A stretch of 32,000 nucleotides of DNA from Candidatus Nitrospira inopinata (GTDB taxonomy: Bacteria; Nitrospirota; Nitrospiria; Nitrospirales; Nitrospiraceae), in assembly GCF_001458695.1 (NCBI RefSeq), contig NZ_LN885086.1, positions 2,910,001 through 2,942,000 on the forward strand, given 5' to 3'. Within the stretch, counting starts at the first letter, position 1; each line of letters opens with the position of its first letter. The notes beneath the pieces were generated by a model. The model did no database searches and had not been told where the DNA came from. It saw nothing but the letters and a program-made list of their open reading frames with translations. Of the stretch, positions 28,436 through 32,000 are shown piece by piece. The translations under genes and the position numbers were made by a program.

Positions 28436-29568
28436 CCATGCGACCGCGACGCCCGATCGGCGTCTACATTCACGTCCCCTTTTGCAGACAACGCTGCCAC
28501 TTCTGCGCGTTTTACCTGGAAGCGGCGAAACCCGAACGGATGGAAGCCTTTTGCTCCGCACTGGCGCGGGAAATCGATTTCCATGACAGCCGCCACGTGA
28601 CGGGTGGACGTCCGCTGCGAAGCCTCTACATCGGCGGCGGGACACCGACGACGCTTCCCGCGACTCAATTGGTCGCGTTCCTGAAACGGGCGCAAGAAGC
28701 CTGGTCCATGGAAGATTTCGCGGAAATTACGGTGGAAGCCCATCCCTCCACCGTCACTCTCAAGGATCTGAGCATTTTGGCGGAAGCAGGATTCAATCGC
28801 CTGAGCATGGGCGCTGAATCCATGGATCAACGCGACTTCATCCCGATCGGTCGTCCCGGTCTGGTTGACGAGACGGAGCGGGCAGTGAAGGCGGCGCGAG
28901 CGGCCGGCTTTCGGAACGTCAATCTTGACCTGATGTACGGACTGCCGGGACAGACGCTGGAATCATGGATGGACACCCTGCAAGCCACGCTTGCTCTCGA
29001 GCCGACCCACGTCTCCTGCTATGCCTTGACCGTCGAAGAAGGCACGAGGCTCGCCCGCGATATCGCCAAGAACCTGATTCCCCCGCCAAACGAAGCGCTG
29101 CAAGTGGAGATGGAATCGGCCGCGGAAGCGTTTCTGCAAGCGGCCGGATTTGAACGGTACGAACTCTCCAATTACGCTTTGCCGGGCTTCGCGTGCCGAC
29201 ATAACAAACTTTATTGGACCGACGGGGATTACCTGGGACTGGGCCCGAGCGCCCAGTCCTATGTCAACGGCGTGCGGTTCGGCAATATCGACGACCTCAC
29301 CGCCTATGTGGATTGCTTGTCCGCGCGTCGCCTCCCCGTCGCGGAACGCACCGAGCTCACGGACGGCGAGCAACGGCGTGACGCACTCGTCTTCGGCCTC
29401 AGGCTGATCGAGGGAGTTCCTCTCCGCGTCGTCCGCCCCGGCACACCGCAACATCGGGCGCTCACCGCCTTGGTCGGCCGGGGATTCATCGAATGGAAAG
29501 AAGATCACGTTCGACTCACCCGGCTCGGCAGACGATACGCGGACTCGGTGGCCGAACAGTTGTACTAG
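28432..29568 (+). CDS. hemW: Radical SAM heme chaperone HemW (HemN-like coproporphyrinogen III oxidase family)
   Basis: Radical SAM cluster motif HVPFCRQRCHFCAF, GGGTP motif (LYIGGGTPT), NLDLMYGLPGQT, and a length of 378 aa typical of HemW. Confidence 0.88.
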   Translation: MTMRPRRPIGVYIHVPFCRQRCHFCAFYLEAAKPERMEAFCSALAREIDFHDSRHVTGGRPLRSLYIGGGTPTTLPATQLVAFLKRAQEAWSMEDFAEITVEAHPSTVTLKDLSILAEAGFNRLSMGAESMDQRDFIPIGRPGLVDETERAVKAARAAGFRNVNLDLMYGLPGQTLESWMDTLQATLALEPTHVSCYALTVEEGTRLARDIAKNLIPPPNEALQVEMESAAEAFLQAAGFERYELSNYALPGFACRHNKLYWTDGDYLGLGPSAQSYVNGVRFGNIDDLTAYVDCLSARRLPVAERTELTDGEQRRDALVFGLRLIEGVPLRVVRPGTPQHRALTALVGRGFIEWKEDHVRLTRLGRRYADSVAEQLY

Positions 29569-29596
29569 CGACGGCACCCGGCCGAACAAAACGGAC

Positions 29597-29926
29597 ATGA
29601 TCTCACCGCCGGAGTCTGCTAGAATTTTCGCCGCGATGGCTGCGACACCTCAAACCATCCCGGAAACGACCGAAGACGTTCGGACCGGCAGCGGGAGCGG
29701 TCTTGAATCCCGAGTCGTTGTCTTCAATTGCGATTGCCACACTTACCAGCAGGTCATCGACCTGTTCTGCCGATTTATTCCGGGAATGACCCCTCCCAAG
29801 GCATTCGAGCTGGCTTATCGTATCGACCACGAGGGACAGGCGGTCGTGTACAGCGGACCGCTTGAGCACGCGGAGGATATCGCGGGCAAATTGGCGGGCG
29901 GAGGGTTACGGGTGGTGGTGCAGTAG
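29597..29926 (+). CDS. ClpS-like ATP-dependent Clp protease adaptor family protein
   Basis: The core VVVFNCDCHTYQQVIDLFCRFIPGMTPPKAFELAYRIDHEGQAVVYSGPLEHAEDIAGKL follows the ClpS pattern (V.L.ND..T...V...L........A......H..G.AVV.....E.AE). An alternative start is at 29636. Confidence 0.55.
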   Translation: MISPPESARIFAAMAATPQTIPETTEDVRTGSGSGLESRVVVFNCDCHTYQQVIDLFCRFIPGMTPPKAFELAYRIDHEGQAVVYSGPLEHAEDIAGKLAGGGLRVVVQ

Positions 29927-29951
29927 TCTCTTGCGGGGGGCGGAGGACTTG

Positions 29952-30314
29952 TTATTTGCGTTTGACCTTGCGCTTTTTGACCGTGTGGGTTTTGCCCGGC
30001 TTTCCGTTCGACGATTTCACGGAATGTTTCATACGCTCTTTCGGAGACACTTTCGCCGGTTCTCTTGTTCCAGGCCTCGCATCTTTGGACGTCCGACGAG
30101 AGGCGGATTTTTCGGCTTTCGTGGACGAGACCGGAGCCGTATAGGCCGCGGTGCGGTTGATTTTCGCAAGCTGCTCCCCGCTTAGGATGCGGACCTGATA
30201 GAGCTCAAACAGCTTGCTGATGGCTTTCGTATCCCCCCGTCTGGCCGCGTTCAACAGTTTGCGGCGTTGATTCATTTCCTCTTCTTCGGTATGAGAAGCT
30301 ACGCGCCGTTCCAT
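29952..30314 (-). CDS. Hypothetical highly basic protein with a Lys/Arg-rich C-terminal tail
   Basis: ATG with ggatggagg upstream (alternative ATG at 30275). Helical N-terminal part, then a K/R/S/T-rich tail ending KKRKVKRK. No family recognised. Confidence 0.5.
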   Translation of the reverse strand: MERRVASHTEEEEMNQRRKLLNAARRGDTKAISKLFELYQVRILSGEQLAKINRTAAYTAPVSSTKAEKSASRRTSKDARPGTREPAKVSPKERMKHSVKSSNGKPGKTHTVKKRKVKRK

Positions 30315-30578
30315 CCTCCATCCTTCCTACGTCTCCGGAAACGCCGATCGGATAAAACGTCCCCCACCCGGTCTGTGCCGATAAAAATTGGTCGAGTATA
30401 CCAAAGTCGCGGTGAATTTGGGAATCCGCATGAAAAACTTCTGAGTAGTAACCCCATTCTACTTTTCTACTTTTTCACTTTATTGATCATCCAGTAATGA
30501 CCGGCTTTTTCCCGAGCGGACCAGTGTAAATTCGGAGAGTTCGCATGCGCACCGACGACCGTCCGTCATTGAGCATAT

Positions 30579-30607
30579 TTGAGCCTATTTCGTACCGTGT
30601 GTATAAT
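30579..30607 (+). promoter_or_regulatory. Candidate sigma70-type promoter (TTGAGC-17 nt-TATAAT) for the 30648 gene
   Basis: ttgagc at 30579-30584 and tataat at 30602-30607 in an AT-rich divergent intergenic region. The RBS aaggagg at 30630-30636 precedes the ATG at 30648. Confidence 0.45.
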
Positions 30608-30647
30608 CTGATCTCCATGCTCTTTATCCAAGGAGGCCGTTCCCATC

Positions 30648-31322
30648 ATGAGCGAACACACCCAGCACCAGCCGACCGTGTCCGACGACCCCAAGGCGCG
30701 TGATCTGCTTCGCAAGGCCTTTGAAGCCACCGCCCGATGGCCGAAAGACTTCGCCGGCTTCACCGCCAACCTGACCGTAAACGTCAACGGGAAAGAAATC
30801 GTCGGCTCCGTTATGGTCAAGAGCCCGCGGGAAGTCTCCGTCCAACTCGGCGACGCCGACACCCAAAAGTGGGCGCAGGAACAACTCGGCATGATCGCCG
30901 TCCATCGGGGACCTCGCAGCTTCGAGGAGTCCGACGGCAAATATCTGTTGACCATGGAAGAAGACGGGCACCCAATGGGGACCAAGCTCGTCATCCATGG
31001 CTCCAATTCGTTTTACCGCATCAAGGACAATCGCATCACTCAGATCAACCGCAGCATGGCGCATCCCGGCATGGCTCCGTTCGCCTTTACAATCAACGTC
31101 GAGGACGGCGCCGTGACCCAAGACGGAAAGAACCTCACGACCAAATACACGGTCTATTACTACTCGCCGACCGACGGCAAACTGAACAACGTCGAGAGCT
31201 TCACCGATACTCACGTGCGCGTGGGCTCATCCGATCTGCCGGCAACCCGCCGGATCATCTCGTTTGAAAACGGTACCGTCGTCGTCAAGAGCCTCACGTT
31301 CAAAAACCATACGCTCATCTGA
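30648..31322 (+). CDS. Conserved hypothetical protein (DUF3386-like; name from memory, unverified)
   Basis: Strong RBS. Protein-like 224-aa sequence. The N-terminal block ARDLLRKAFEATARWPKDFAGFTANLTVNVNGKE resembles DUF3386 proteins. Confidence 0.75.
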   Translation: MSEHTQHQPTVSDDPKARDLLRKAFEATARWPKDFAGFTANLTVNVNGKEIVGSVMVKSPREVSVQLGDADTQKWAQEQLGMIAVHRGPRSFEESDGKYLLTMEEDGHPMGTKLVIHGSNSFYRIKDNRITQINRSMAHPGMAPFAFTINVEDGAVTQDGKNLTTKYTVYYYSPTDGKLNNVESFTDTHVRVGSSDLPATRRIISFENGTVVVKSLTFKNHTLI

Positions 31323-31324
31323 CG

Positions 31325-31786
31325 ATGGACTTGCGAACGGGCTTTCCCCGCAGCATGAAGGTCATGATCGCGGGCCATGTGCATCTGGCCCGCATGATCG
31401 ACAAATGCCGGGCCGTTCTCGCCGGTACCGAAGGCGAATACATCTACCCTTGCCCCATGGATGACCGGCTGTTGGAGTTTGCTGGCCTCACGGCGGAACA
31501 GTTCACGGCGGCCGTGAAGGCCAATCCGACCGATGAAGGGATGGAGGCCTGGTTCCGGCAGGCGGCGAGGCCGCACACACCCGCCGAATTGGAAGAATGG
31601 AATCGGAAGCTGCTGACACGAGGGCCAAGCTCGCCCGAAAGCGCGGCCCGATTCAAGAAATACCTCGACGCCATCGATCCCGCGCGCACCGACATCACGG
31701 CCTGGTCGGACCTCCAAGACTTAGAAGAAGGGCGGGTCGTCCCCAGACGAGATTCGAGAACGTCCTATACCGGTATCAGTAGGTGA
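31325..31786 (+). CDS. DUF5069-like protein
   Basis: FPRSMKVMIAGHVHLARMIDKCRAVLAGTEGEYIYPCPMDDRLLEFAGL fits the DUF5069 signature as I remember it. It starts 3 nt after the previous stop. Confidence 0.7.
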   Translation: MDLRTGFPRSMKVMIAGHVHLARMIDKCRAVLAGTEGEYIYPCPMDDRLLEFAGLTAEQFTAAVKANPTDEGMEAWFRQAARPHTPAELEEWNRKLLTRGPSSPESAARFKKYLDAIDPARTDITAWSDLQDLEEGRVVPRRDSRTSYTGISR

Positions 31787-32000
31787 GTGCCGGATACTTG
31801 CCGAGGCACGTCGGGTGTTCCGCCTCAGTCACCATGAAGTGGGCCACATCGGCACGGGAAATCGAGTCGATCTGCATTCCCTTTGTCAGTTCAGTCAAGA
31901 CCTGATACCGACCCGTCAGGGGACCATTGGTCAGCCGACCGGGACGGACGATTTCCCACCGCGAATAGCCTGCGGCTATCACACGTTCTTGCTCCGTCTT
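31776..32000 (-). CDS. NAD(P)H-binding (atypical SDR / flavin reductase-like) protein, C-terminal part; the 5' end is outside the window
   Basis: The frame is open to the window edge (KTEQERVIAAGYSRWEIVRPGRLTNGPLTGRYQV...). The W.IVRPG.LT.GP.TG.Y block is typical of the NAD(P)-binding NmrA/BVR-B-like C-terminal region. Confidence 0.6.
   Translation of the reverse strand, partial: KTEQERVIAAGYSRWEIVRPGRLTNGPLTGRYQVLTELTKGMQIDSISRADVAHFMVTEAEHPTCLGKYPALTY

Noticed and set aside
26843-31214. Minus-strand ORFs 26843-27475, 28196-28830, 28963-29598, 30624-31214 and 31211-31717
   Set aside because: Each is antisense to a better-supported plus-strand gene (FGE-like, hemW, DUF3386-like, DUF5069-like). 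Each has R/G/A-rich shadow-frame composition.

Overview
The window splits at about 17.15 kb. Positions 1-17154 are the right-hand part of an integrated conjugative or mobilisable element. It carries a partial TraG/VirD4 coupling protein, an OmpA-like lipoprotein, an LPD7-like protein, a TrbM/KikA-like protein, ArdC, a MobC-relaxase pair with a candidate oriT, a HigBA-like toxin-antitoxin pair and small lipoproteins. The element abuts a truncated tRNA-Arg(UCU) 5' half next to an intact tRNA-Pro. Positions 17155-32000 are ordinary high-GC chromosome: rdgB, rph, an HD-GYP response regulator, metH, an FGE-like enzyme, an FmdB zinc ribbon, hemW, a ClpS-like protein, DUF-type genes and hypotheticals. 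The main finding is a visibly AT-richer cargo island between ardC and the relaxase. It holds a translationally coupled two-gene operon (6985-9950) encoding a TIR-APAZ protein and a catalytically dead short prokaryotic Argonaute. This is a SPARTA-type NAD(P)ase abortive-infection and plasmid-interference system. Secondary observations: a perfect 21-bp inverted repeat pair at the island's right edge; an ATCCTG|C nic-like oriT candidate; two diverged 192-nt structured repeats with one covarying hairpin pair; tRNA fragments marking an integration hotspot; and a consensus promoter-operator driving an apparently leaderless higBA. No CRISPR array or rRNA was seen. All family assignments come from motif recognition by eye and need HMM or BLAST confirmation.
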